DNA of 64,000 bases, from positions 1 through 64,000 of IMG/VR virus record IMGVR_UViG_3300009158_000046, one strand, 5' to 3'. This document shows, one piece after another, positions 25,597-35,240 of this stretch. This DNA is from a virus. Positions within the stretch are counted from its first letter, which is position 1. Every line of letters starts with the position of its first letter. The position numbers were made by a program, and so were the translations under genes. The notes under the pieces were generated by a model, which was given only the letters and a program-made list of their open reading frames with translations, had not been told where the DNA came from and ran no database searches.

Positions 25597-26553
25597 TCAG
25601 GCGGCTTTCCGGTTCTGGACCTTCGCCACAGCCTTGCGCCTCGCCTTCGCCTTGGCGACGTCGCGCACGGTTTCCGCTTCCGCGAATTCCGCCATGCTCG
25701 GCCCGTCCGCTTGCGCCGCCTTGACCGCTTCCGCTTCCGTGCGGATCCGCTCCGCTTCCGCCGTCAGTTCGCGGATTCGGTTCGCCAATGCGTCAATCGC
25801 GGTCTGGCAATCGGCGACGGTTTCCAGCTTGGCAATCGCGGTCAAGGCATTGCCCAATTGCGAAATAGGCGCGGACTTGACCGGAGCGGAAGCCTCCGGA
25901 GCGGGGGCGATTGCATCGGCAAGGCTAGTTTCCGCCTTGGCCAAGGCTTCCGCCGGAGCGGGGACGGGAGCGGGGACGGGAGCGGGGACGTCGTCCGCGT
26001 CGTCCGCGTCGTCCGCGTCGTCCGCGTCGTCTTCCCGCGCTTCCGCTTCCGCCTTGGCGCGCAATTCGGCCGCGTCCTTCGCGTTCTGCTTTTCCGCCTT
26101 ATCGGCCGCTTTGATCTGTGCCGCAGTGCGATAAAGCGGCGAACCGGCGTGACGTTGCAGGGACACGGCCGATGTCATGCCATGGTCCGCAAGCCATGCC
26201 TTCAGCGTGGTTGCGGCGGCGTCCGGTTCGGCATGCGAGATGACGGACGCCACGACGTCCGGGTGACGGGCTTCCATCCCGTCCGCGATCTGGCGCGCCG
26301 CCTTGCGATAGCGGCTCGCGCTCGCCTTATCAATCGTCGGAGCGGCTTCGAGAACCTTGTTTAGTGCGTCGTCGACTTCAGCGTTAACCCGGTTCCGCTT
26401 GTGGGCAATGGCCACAAGCGCCATGGCCAGCGACAAGCCGAACGCTGCGGATTCGTATGCAAGTGCGCTAGCTTTGGCGAAGCCGCATGCTTTGGCGAAG
26501 GACAGGGCCGGAGCGGCCGGAGCGGCGGAAGCGGTGTTTGACTTGCGAGGCAT
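25597..26553 (-). CDS. Ala-rich 318-aa protein with low-complexity linker
   Basis: Long ORF, AAGG RBS inside palindrome; (DDA)n and (VPAP)n repeats encoded at 25955-26031. Confidence 0.75.
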   Translation of the reverse strand: MPRKSNTASAAPAAPALSFAKACGFAKASALAYESAAFGLSLAMALVAIAHKRNRVNAEVDDALNKVLEAAPTIDKASASRYRKAARQIADGMEARHPDVVASVISHAEPDAAATTLKAWLADHGMTSAVSLQRHAGSPLYRTAAQIKAADKAEKQNAKDAAELRAKAEAEAREDDADDADDADDADDVPAPVPAPVPAPAEALAKAETSLADAIAPAPEASAPVKSAPISQLGNALTAIAKLETVADCQTAIDALANRIRELTAEAERIRTEAEAVKAAQADGPSMAEFAEAETVRDVAKAKARRKAVAKVQNRKAA

Positions 26554-26554
26554 G

Positions 26555-26571
26555 GTTGAAAGCCTTTCAAC
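26555..26571. promoter_or_regulatory. Palindrome copy 12, GTTGAAAGCCTTTCAAC
   Basis: 1 nt upstream of ATG 26553; contains its RBS. Confidence 0.85.
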
Positions 26572-26826
26572 TTAGGAAATTATTCCGATACAGCACCATT
26601 GCTATATCGAACACATAGCCTGCGCCTATACTTTGATGACTCCAACTAGACTTAACAAAAAAGTTTTTTTACTTCGCCCAGGACAAGCCGAAGGGGCTAA
26701 GTGCTTGAAATTGCTAGGTTTTTACCCATGGGTAGATGCTTTTACCGCCCGAAATTTTTTTTCCGCGTCCTGCAGTCCGACTTTCACTTCCGCCGAAATT
26801 TTCGGTTTCCAAGTGCTAGCACTAGC

Positions 26827-26854
26827 AAAAAGGCCGGGGAACGGGTCCCCGGCC
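26827..26854 (-). terminator. Intrinsic terminator after primase-helicase
   Basis: GGCCGGGGA-acggg-TCCCCGGCC with TTTTT on the minus strand. Confidence 0.85.
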
Positions 26855-26941
26855 AAGCTCCCTAGGAGTTACGATTCCGCTTCTGAACTTCGTCCCAGAA
26901 CATCGACCTTCGAACAAGATCCCAGAACTCACCGTCTACTT

Positions 26942-29395
26942 CTACGCCACCTTCTTGACCGCAAGTGTGATCGACGTGAACCCGACTATCTCTCCGGTCT
27001 CGCCCACGACCTTCTCGCGAATTCCCTCCTGGGAACCCCTCCACCGAAAGCGTTCGGTGAATTCGCGCAAGTTCACAGGCGACACAAAGGCCCGATTTCT
27101 GCAGAAGTGCCGGTAATCGGAATAGAGGGTGTCGACCAAAGTGAAGGTATTCGTACCGACCGCTGCCCCCACCAACAGGTGTCCCTCTTCGAGGCAGCGG
27201 TCGAAGTAAAAACGGACTGAGTCCGCGCTCCGGGCCATCTCGTTGACGGCCCTCTGAGAGGACGGGGGCATCACGTAGCCCTTCATCGCCCTCAACCCGC
27301 GAATGCCCTGAACTGCCCAGGCGATGATGGCCGGGGCCTCAAGTTCGACAATCAGTTCGGCATAGCGGGGGATGCGAACCCCCTCCTCGATCTTCTTGTG
27401 GAACTCGAAGATGACCCACCGCCGGTCATACCCCCCGTCAGGACTGTCGACCTTGGGGAGCTTGTTGGTCCCGAACCAGTGAGCGCACTTCGGCTCAAGG
27501 GTGAACTTGTCCTTGCCCTTGAACTCGACCCCGATCGGGGCACCCTCGACGACCTGCTTGAACAATGCGCCGTCGATGCGCTTGGTGTCCTTCATCTCGG
27601 CAACGTGGTTCATGAGCTTTCCGGCCATGGCGACCAGCTCGAACCTCTCGCCAAAGACCTCCGGCCTAACCTCGCAACACGTCCCCGGTGGCATCAGGCC
27701 CCGAACAACGTCCATGATGGTCGACTTTCCGGATCCGGGCTCGCCATAGAACAGGAAGGCGCGGTGGTAGGTCGCCGCGACCCCGAACAGCGTGGCAGCC
27801 ATGGCTTGCTGGAGACATTCGACCCGCTGCTCATAGTCGGACTCCTGGCCCCAATATGACTGCAGCATCTCAAGCCACTTCACGCAGTGGCCATTTTCTT
27901 CCGGGTTGTAGATGTACGGGTGGACGTAGACGCACCCAAAGTTCTTGTCGTGAGGAAGAAGCTCAAGGTCCTGGGTCAAATACCCATTGGCAAAGTTGAT
28001 GCCGGGCACCTTGGTCAGGCAAAGAGCCTTCTCACACTTGCCCTGGAGCACCTTGACGATGCCCACATGGTCGGACTTGCGCTTGGCCGCTGGCAACCGG
28101 CCGTAGTTCTCGGAAACGAAGTTCTCAAGCCACTCTCTCCCGACCTTCTGCCAGTGGGTGCCGTGCCACTCCCAGAAGTTCCCGATGTCGAACCGGAACT
28201 CGCCACGCTGTTCCAGGTCCTCAAGAGCCATGGCGGCAATTTCTTCGTGACTGTTCCCCTCCCGGTCACCGCCTTGCAGGCTTTTCAGCCTCTTGCGGAC
28301 GTCAGAGAGAGTGACACGCCGACCAGACCCCTCCACCAGCAGCCGAAGGAGCCTTGTCTGCTCCATCTCGACCATGTCGTCGTTCATGGCGATGCGGGCC
28401 AGAGCTGTCTCAAGAGCCCGCATCACGATGGGGGAGTTGTTGTCGACGGCGATTTCACGCAGAAATTCGGCCTCGATCTCGTTCGGCGGCAGCTTGCGGT
28501 GCTGTCTGCCGATCTCGTCGAGACCAAGATCCTTCTTCAACTCTTCGGAAAGACCCTCGTCCCACCCATCAGGAAGGGCCTTGTTCTTCGCCAAAACGTC
28601 CCGGCGAAGCATTTCGGCGAGCTTTTCGACCGCTTTGTGGGTCGTCACGTCGTCGCCAGCGACCTTTTCGGTGCGCTCTTCGACCCAGGTGACCAGATGC
28701 CCCATGGCCTCGAAGAAGGTGCAGCTCCCGCGCAGAATTTCCCACGCTGCCGTGCCCGCAAGGCGAACGAGCATGTTGTCGCGACCGCCAGACGCCACAT
28801 AGCGCAGAGCGGACGCCTTCTGGGTGACGGCAGACGTCCTGACACCGACGTCAGCCAGCGTCTCCCGCAGCAAACTTTCCCATCCGCGTGGCAGGACAGG
28901 GATCCCTCCCCTCCTGACCCACGCCTCCAGGTCGCACGACGACCGGTACGCCGCCCCGGTGTCGGGATGGATCGATGGTGGAATGACGAACTGCCGCCCG
29001 GAGGACAGAAAGTCCATGATCTGGTTGCCGTCAGCGTCCTTCAGCGTGAAAGACAACTCTCCCGAATAGGCAAAGACCAGCAGCTTGCCCTTGCGGCCCC
29101 ACCTCTCGTAGCCCGAGACCGGCAGGATGCGCTCGATAGCGCCAATGACACGGGGATCATCCGTGTCAATGTCGACACCCACCAACCCGGACTGGCGACC
29201 GCATGCCACCCCGACGTTGTTGCGGCTGTATTGTGACAGCCACGCAGCTCTGGTGTCCTCGTCTGGAAGCTCATTCGCCCATGTCGTCCACGCGCTGACG
29301 ACAGGGCGCTTGCCGATCAGTGGGAGAACCGACACTCCGGCATCCCACAATCCCGGCGCAACTGCCCCGAAAATATCGCCCATTCCGTCCCCCAT
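26942..29395 (-). CDS. Bifunctional primase-polymerase fused to D5-like SF3 helicase
   Basis: NVGVACG...VDID, VIPPSIHPDTG.Y; GEPGSGKST Walker A, FGTNKLP, DGGYDRRW. Confidence 0.92.
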   Translation of the reverse strand: MGDGMGDIFGAVAPGLWDAGVSVLPLIGKRPVVSAWTTWANELPDEDTRAAWLSQYSRNNVGVACGRQSGLVGVDIDTDDPRVIGAIERILPVSGYERWGRKGKLLVFAYSGELSFTLKDADGNQIMDFLSSGRQFVIPPSIHPDTGAAYRSSCDLEAWVRRGGIPVLPRGWESLLRETLADVGVRTSAVTQKASALRYVASGGRDNMLVRLAGTAAWEILRGSCTFFEAMGHLVTWVEERTEKVAGDDVTTHKAVEKLAEMLRRDVLAKNKALPDGWDEGLSEELKKDLGLDEIGRQHRKLPPNEIEAEFLREIAVDNNSPIVMRALETALARIAMNDDMVEMEQTRLLRLLVEGSGRRVTLSDVRKRLKSLQGGDREGNSHEEIAAMALEDLEQRGEFRFDIGNFWEWHGTHWQKVGREWLENFVSENYGRLPAAKRKSDHVGIVKVLQGKCEKALCLTKVPGINFANGYLTQDLELLPHDKNFGCVYVHPYIYNPEENGHCVKWLEMLQSYWGQESDYEQRVECLQQAMAATLFGVAATYHRAFLFYGEPGSGKSTIMDVVRGLMPPGTCCEVRPEVFGERFELVAMAGKLMNHVAEMKDTKRIDGALFKQVVEGAPIGVEFKGKDKFTLEPKCAHWFGTNKLPKVDSPDGGYDRRWVIFEFHKKIEEGVRIPRYAELIVELEAPAIIAWAVQGIRGLRAMKGYVMPPSSQRAVNEMARSADSVRFYFDRCLEEGHLLVGAAVGTNTFTLVDTLYSDYRHFCRNRAFVSPVNLREFTERFRWRGSQEGIREKVVGETGEIVGFTSITLAVKKVA

Positions 29396-29889
29396 TACAC
29401 TCCGGTGGTTTCAGCAACCGACCGCAAGTGCTGCAATCTCTTCATGAACTCATTGCGCTGATCCTTGTTGCAGACGTTGTCTAACGTCTCCAAGATCACG
29501 CTCTGGAATTCGGAAACTTCTTTCAGCGTATAAATACGTTCTTTCAGAGAGGTCCACTTCTCCAAAAGTGCTGTTTTCGCCTTCAAAACGGCCACTCGAT
29601 CGCTGGTTTCAGCACCTACAAGGTCGTTTTCCAGGGCTTTCATCTCTGAGATGGTCTTCTCCACCTCTCGAAGCATGACGTCGAACCGGTCGCCAGCCTC
29701 GTCAATCCAGTCCGTAGAGGCCTCAATCTTGGCCTCCTGGAACAGTAATTTCCTCAGATATTCCTTCTCTTTTGCGGTATAGGGGCACTCTGGAGCCTCT
29801 AAATACTCCTTTCCGATGCCATTTGACGCCAAAAAGACTGCCTGAAGCCGGATTTCAAAGCCATCCGGTAGCTTCGGGTAGGTAGCCAT
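29395..29889 (-). CDS. Helical hypothetical protein, candidate terminase small subunit
   Basis: 164 aa coiled-coil; adjacent but divergent to terL. Confidence 0.4.
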   Translation of the reverse strand: MATYPKLPDGFEIRLQAVFLASNGIGKEYLEAPECPYTAKEKEYLRKLLFQEAKIEASTDWIDEAGDRFDVMLREVEKTISEMKALENDLVGAETSDRVAVLKAKTALLEKWTSLKERIYTLKEVSEFQSVILETLDNVCNKDQRNEFMKRLQHLRSVAETTGV

Positions 29890-30008
29890 GCTTGGATCTC
29901 AAGGATGTGGGGACTCAACCTGACTGATCCCCTACTCGGGCGCAATCAAAGCTCCCAAGGAGTCTGCTCTCCTTTACTTGGTGATGACCTGACCCCACTT
30001 TCAACGCC

Positions 30009-31754
30009 ATGAACAGTTACCTCCGAGAATTCCTCATCACGGCAGAGTCGCGGTTTGATAGCGACAGCTCGACTACGTCGATGTCGGAGTGGATCATCAA
30101 GAATACTCGACATCGGAAGAAGCCATTCTCGTTTGAAGGTTTCGAATTCCAGCGTCGAATTGTCGACGACATGCACCCGGACTTGTGCGTGATCAAGATC
30201 TCGCAGGTCGGCCTGACCGAAGTGCAGCTTCGCAAGAACCTGGGCTTTCTTCGTCGCAATACAGCAGTGACATCGATCTTCACGATGCCCACTGACACGA
30301 TGCGAGACCGCGTCTCGCAGACTCGTGCGAAGCCGCTGATCGACTCCGAACCGGTCTTCAACCCGCCCAACACCGACAAGCCGATCCGGCAGAAGGGCCT
30401 CTACCAGATCGGAGACAGCTTCGGATACTTCACCGGTTCGACGGAGGGTGATGCCACCTCGATCCCGGCAGACATGCTGCTCCACGACGAGATCGACCTG
30501 ACCGACCAGCAGATGATTGGCCTTTTCCAGAGCCGTCTCCAGGCATCGAGGTTCAAGATCAGGCAGGCGTTCTCGACGCCAACCTTCCACGGCTACGGCA
30601 TCGACAGTCTCTACTCGGTGTCGGACCAGCACGAGTATCTCTACCGCTGCCCAGGTTGCCGACAGCACCAGATCCCCGAGTTTGCCCCACGCTTCCTGGC
30701 TCTTCCTGGTCTCAACTCGGACCAGAGCGACCTCTCGCTGCTGAGCCCGGATGAGATCGCGATGATCGACTTCGACAAGGCACACTGGCGGTGCGGAAAC
30801 TGCTCGAAGCCGCTCGATCTCACCGACGCCAGCCTGCGCGAGTGGGTGGCCACCTATCCGGGACGACGTTCACGAGGCTACCGGGTCCGACCAACCTCCG
30901 TCGCCACCATCACGCCGTCCTACATCTTTCAGCAGCTCATCCGCTACCAAGCGGCCGGAAACCTGAAGGGCTTCCACAACACGGTGCTGGGCGAGCCATT
31001 CAACGACAGCAACGCCCGGCTGTCGGAAACCGAGATCCGGGCCGTGATGACAGGACCGGCGGTGCCGGAGATCCCATTCTACGTCCCCTGCTTCCTGGGC
31101 ATCGACGTCGGCATCGTCTGCAGCCTGATCCTGGCTACGGCAGACACAACCGTGCTGTTCGAGCAGGTGCCACAGAACAAGATCCTCGACCGCGTGGCCG
31201 AGCTTCACTCCCGATACACGATCGTGTCGGGCTGCATCGACCGTTACCCCTACACCCCGCTCTCCGAGCAGCTTCGCGATGCCCACCCCGGCATCGTCAT
31301 GCCGATCCACTACGCCACCGCCCCGAACTCGGCCCCCCTCAAGGAGGTGAAGGACGAGTTCGATGTCGTCACGCACTGGTCAGCACATCGAACCAAGACG
31401 CTCGACACGGTTGTCGCAAGGGTCCGCTCCGGAAAGTTCAAGCTGGCTGGCTACGGCAGCCTCCAGAACGTCGTGATCAACCACCTCAGGGACATGGTCC
31501 GTATCGAGCAACCGGACGTTCCACCGGTATGGAACAAGATCAAAGGAGAAGATCACTTTTTCCATGCCATGGGTTACATGTTTCTCTCAAATCGTCTTCG
31601 TGATGCACAGCTTTACAGTTCAGAATCTGAACGTCGTAGCAACATCATACTGTTCGGCGTCAATGCTTTACAGGGAGCTGATCTATCGCCAAATGGTCTG
31701 AACAAGCGCTTAGGCGGTGAGCTGGGCTCGTGGCATTCTTCGACGGTCTTCTGA
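30009..31754 (+). CDS. terL: Terminase large subunit (GpA-like)
   Basis: KISQVGLTE, HDEID, FSTPT, CPGC/CGNC zinc ribbon, FHNTVLGEPF, GIDVG, DHFFHA. Confidence 0.92.
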   Translation: MNSYLREFLITAESRFDSDSSTTSMSEWIIKNTRHRKKPFSFEGFEFQRRIVDDMHPDLCVIKISQVGLTEVQLRKNLGFLRRNTAVTSIFTMPTDTMRDRVSQTRAKPLIDSEPVFNPPNTDKPIRQKGLYQIGDSFGYFTGSTEGDATSIPADMLLHDEIDLTDQQMIGLFQSRLQASRFKIRQAFSTPTFHGYGIDSLYSVSDQHEYLYRCPGCRQHQIPEFAPRFLALPGLNSDQSDLSLLSPDEIAMIDFDKAHWRCGNCSKPLDLTDASLREWVATYPGRRSRGYRVRPTSVATITPSYIFQQLIRYQAAGNLKGFHNTVLGEPFNDSNARLSETEIRAVMTGPAVPEIPFYVPCFLGIDVGIVCSLILATADTTVLFEQVPQNKILDRVAELHSRYTIVSGCIDRYPYTPLSEQLRDAHPGIVMPIHYATAPNSAPLKEVKDEFDVVTHWSAHRTKTLDTVVARVRSGKFKLAGYGSLQNVVINHLRDMVRIEQPDVPPVWNKIKGEDHFFHAMGYMFLSNRLRDAQLYSSESERRSNIILFGVNALQGADLSPNGLNKRLGGELGSWHSSTVF

Positions 31755-33214
31755 ATATCATCCAGCCGAAGAAGAAGTCGAAGGTCGGCGGCAGCACGAT
31801 CACGACCACCTATCAGCCGACGAACGCCGCCCAGAAGCTGGCCATTCCGGCGTATCGCGACCACCTCTCCGACGTCTTCACCACCCGGACATCCAGCGAC
31901 AGCAGGGCACTCCTCAAGAGCCTTTTTCGCAACGACCCGGACATTTCGTCTGCGGTGAATGGCTACCTCACGATGGCGAACACCGAGATGTTCGCCTACG
32001 CCGAGACGGTTGAGGGGACGATCGATCCAGAGGTCTCGAAGTCGCTTCAGGCGATCATCAAGCGCCTCACCCGGCAGGTGGATTACACCCAGGGTTTTCA
32101 GTTTAAGCAGTCGATCTACCAGCTCAACGAGAACCTTCGATACATGCTGCTCCTGCGAGGCGGCATCGGCGGTGAGCTGGTTGTCGACAAGAACGGAAAT
32201 CCTGACGGCGTTCGCAACGTGGACCTCTCCACGATTGAGTGGTTCGAGGCGAAGCCCGGCGAATACAAGCCATCGCAGATCGTCTCGGGCCAGCAGACCA
32301 ACACCAGCCTCGACGTCCCGACCTTCTTCGTCAGCTTCTACCGGCGGGATCCGACAACGATCTACACGGACAGCACGTTCGTCGCGGCCATCAACACGAT
32401 CGCAGCCCGGCAGCAGGTCATCAACGACCTCTACCGGATCATGCAGAAGACCGGATTTCCCCGGATCAACGTCACGCTGCTCGAAAGCGTCGTCATCGAG
32501 AACGCGCCAGCCTCGGTGAAGCTCGACCCGGACAAGTTGAAGACCTGGGTCAACGAGCGTCTCGCAGAGTTGCAGGCGACTTTCGCCAGCATCCAGACGA
32601 ACCAGGACCTCATCCACACCGACGCGATCGAGGTGAAGATCCTGAACGATCGCAACCCCGGCATGGCGATCGACATCTCCAGCGTGATGGAAACGCTGAA
32701 CGCCCAGAACCAAGCGGCCCTCAAGACAATGGCGACGATCCTTGGTCGCGGCACCGCTGGCGTGAACACGGGTTCGGTCGAGGCTCGGATGGCAGCGATG
32801 TTCGCCGACGAGCTGAATGAGCCGTTGGCCGAGTTCTGGGAGAAGCTGCTCAGCTTCTGCCTACACCAGCAGGGCTTCCAGGGTTTCGCTGTGGTCAAGT
32901 TCCGACTTGCGGAGCTGCGTCCCGATCTTGAGTTGGAACCACAGAAGCAGCTTAGAGCTGCTCGTCTACGTCAGGACCTGTCTGACGGCATCATTTCTGA
33001 CACCGAGTACAGCCTGGAAATGTACGGACGTCTGCCAAACGCAGACGCCCCTCCCCTATCGGGAACCAACTTCCTCACTCCGAAACCGACCGTTTCAGAC
33101 GTCAGCCCCAACTCTGATCCGCTTGGACGATCTGTGTCACCGGATGCAAATCCAAAAGCCGCTAATGCCAATCCGAAGAAGAGTTTCGGTGCTCCTTCTG
33201 CACCGAAGAAGTAA
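31730..33214 (+). CDS. Portal protein
   Basis: 494 aa directly after terL; size and position. Confidence 0.8.
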   Translation: MAFFDGLLNIIQPKKKSKVGGSTITTTYQPTNAAQKLAIPAYRDHLSDVFTTRTSSDSRALLKSLFRNDPDISSAVNGYLTMANTEMFAYAETVEGTIDPEVSKSLQAIIKRLTRQVDYTQGFQFKQSIYQLNENLRYMLLLRGGIGGELVVDKNGNPDGVRNVDLSTIEWFEAKPGEYKPSQIVSGQQTNTSLDVPTFFVSFYRRDPTTIYTDSTFVAAINTIAARQQVINDLYRIMQKTGFPRINVTLLESVVIENAPASVKLDPDKLKTWVNERLAELQATFASIQTNQDLIHTDAIEVKILNDRNPGMAIDISSVMETLNAQNQAALKTMATILGRGTAGVNTGSVEARMAAMFADELNEPLAEFWEKLLSFCLHQQGFQGFAVVKFRLAELRPDLELEPQKQLRAARLRQDLSDGIISDTEYSLEMYGRLPNADAPPLSGTNFLTPKPTVSDVSPNSDPLGRSVSPDANPKAANANPKKSFGAPSAPKK

Positions 33215-33261
33215 CAACTTAGATCTACTACCTTCAATTCACGGGACACCACAGCGGTTTT

Positions 33262-33291
33262 CTTGAAACAGAAACCTGTTCTCATTATCTC
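33262..33291 (+). promoter_or_regulatory. Putative late promoter, copy A
   Basis: CTTGAAACAGAAACCTGTTCTCATTATCTC, 25/30 identical to 35181-35210. Confidence 0.65.
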
Positions 33292-33319
33292 AGCCAGAGC
33301 TAAACCGGAGTAGCTACTG

Positions 33320-34984
33320 ATGCCCAGCCAGCTTGTTACCAAGGTGATCGACGGCATCCCCTACCGCATGGTGGATCTCTCGGGCACGAACGACGGTCCC
33401 TACATCCCGGCCGATGCAGCTTTTGACGCAGCCTTTGAAAAGAGCGTCGTCGGCACTTCGCGTGATAAGTTTCGAGACGAGTTTTTCAGCTTCAACAACA
33501 CCACGATTTGGGAGGTGGTTCAGCAGGGTGCAGGCGCTGCTATCACCGTTGCAGGCACTACCGCCGGTTCTCGTTACCTGAATATCGCCACTGGCGTCGG
33601 CATCAACGAAGAGACCATCATTCAGTCCAGGCAGTCTTTCAAGATGCCTGTGAAACTGGCTTTCGGACTGTCGATGTCGCAGCGCATCGTCAACCAGGAA
33701 GTGTTTGTCGAACTCGTCAGCGTCAACTCGTCTGGTGTCATTGAGACTGACGCCACGTTTCCATCTCCAAACGCGAACAATGCGCTCAACGTTGTTTCCT
33801 ACAAGTTCGACTCGACTGTCCCAACGTCTGCCATCTACATCACACGCGGCTTTGGCACACCGGAACTGGTTTCGACCTCGACGGCTCTTGTGTCGACGAC
33901 CGTCGCCACTGGCACAGGCCCCAATTTCCTTCCGGCCGGTGTGTGGGAAATCAACTCTGACATGGAAGAGGCGGTCTTCCAGACCCGCGCCATCGACTCC
34001 GTCGCGGCTGTCAACGCTGCTTTCAAGCGGACCCAGAACCTGCCTGACCCGCTCAAGGAGTACAAGATCCGCATCCGTGTCAAGAATCTGAGCACGGCTC
34101 CTGCATCGACCACCGACGTTCGCTTTCACTTCTTCCGGCTGCTCGACACGACCCGCTTTACGGTCGACTTCGCGCGTCACATGGGGCGCGCGAACGACAT
34201 CTCGGACAGCCTTCCGGTCGCTATTTCGAACACTCCTGCGGTCACGGTCGCTTCGGGCACGCTGACGACACTGACGACCTGCACCACGCTCGCCTCCATG
34301 ACGGCGGGCTGGCTTGGCATTCCCAACACCATTGCGGACGTCGTCTCTGCCGCCCTCACCACGACCACAACCACGGCGGCTATCATTCCGACCGCTGGCA
34401 CCGAGTATGAGGTGAACATTCCGGTCACCGCTGTGTCGGGAACGACGCCGACACTCGATGTGATCATCCAGGAAAGTGATGATACGGCCACCAACTGGTT
34501 TGACGTCTACCATTTCCCCCGCATCACTGCGGTGGGGATTTACCGCTCGCCCAAGCTGGTCCTCAAGGGCAACCGCATTCGCTACGTCCAGACGGTTGCC
34601 GGTACGACCCCGTCTTTCACCCGTGCCGTCAACCGCCTTCAGGGCAACGCAACCGGCATTCTGCCGATGCGGCGCATTCTTGATCGCGCCGTGTCTCTCA
34701 CGACTTTGAATGCCGCTACGGCCAACGTTCAGGCTCAGGAATGCCGAAACGTCCAGCTTGCGATCAACATTGGTGCAGTTACCACCACGGCTCCGGCTCT
34801 TCAGCTCCAAGGGTCTGATGACAACGGAGCAACTTGGTACAGCATCGGAACTGCTCTGACCGCAGTGGCTTCGTCAACGGTTCAGCTTACAGTCAACAAC
34901 GTCAACTCTGAATTAGTTCGAGCCGTAGTCAGCACTGCTGGTGTCGGTGTCACCGCTGGTTATGTATCACTCAAAGTGTTTTGA
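33320..34984 (+). CDS. Thr-rich beta protein, probable virion surface/decoration protein
   Basis: 554 aa; two related segments QESDDTATNW and QGSDDNGATW; lies between portal and protease. Confidence 0.6.
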   Translation: MPSQLVTKVIDGIPYRMVDLSGTNDGPYIPADAAFDAAFEKSVVGTSRDKFRDEFFSFNNTTIWEVVQQGAGAAITVAGTTAGSRYLNIATGVGINEETIIQSRQSFKMPVKLAFGLSMSQRIVNQEVFVELVSVNSSGVIETDATFPSPNANNALNVVSYKFDSTVPTSAIYITRGFGTPELVSTSTALVSTTVATGTGPNFLPAGVWEINSDMEEAVFQTRAIDSVAAVNAAFKRTQNLPDPLKEYKIRIRVKNLSTAPASTTDVRFHFFRLLDTTRFTVDFARHMGRANDISDSLPVAISNTPAVTVASGTLTTLTTCTTLASMTAGWLGIPNTIADVVSAALTTTTTTAAIIPTAGTEYEVNIPVTAVSGTTPTLDVIIQESDDTATNWFDVYHFPRITAVGIYRSPKLVLKGNRIRYVQTVAGTTPSFTRAVNRLQGNATGILPMRRILDRAVSLTTLNAATANVQAQECRNVQLAINIGAVTTTAPALQLQGSDDNGATWYSIGTALTAVASSTVQLTVNNVNSELVRAVVSTAGVGVTAGYVSLKVF

Positions 34985-34986
34985 CC

Positions 34987-35121
34987 ATGTCGAAAACCGG
35001 AGAGTGTTACTGGATAGACCAGTACGAAACTCTCTGGCTTGCAGAGAGCTTCGTCGATAACGACGGAGTCGTGTCTACTACACAGACGATGATCGAAGCT
35101 GCTCCTGAAGTCTATTCTTAA
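34987..35121 (+). CDS. 44-aa hypothetical protein
   Basis: MSKTGECYWIDQYETLWLAESFVDNDGVVSTTQTMIEAAPEVYS, 2 nt after upstream stop. Confidence 0.5.
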   Translation: MSKTGECYWIDQYETLWLAESFVDNDGVVSTTQTMIEAAPEVYS

Positions 35122-35180
35122 ATGCACCTTCATTTTACTGTAGTTAATAACTACAACTCACAAGATATAACAGAACTTTA

Positions 35181-35210
35181 CTTGAAACAGGAACCTCGTC
35201 CCATTATTTC
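35181..35210 (+). promoter_or_regulatory. Putative late promoter, copy B
   Basis: CTTGAAACAGGAACCTCGTCCCATTATTTC upstream of the protease gene. Confidence 0.65.
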
Positions 35211-35240
35211 CGCAAGGCCATAGCCTTGGGTCATTGCGCG

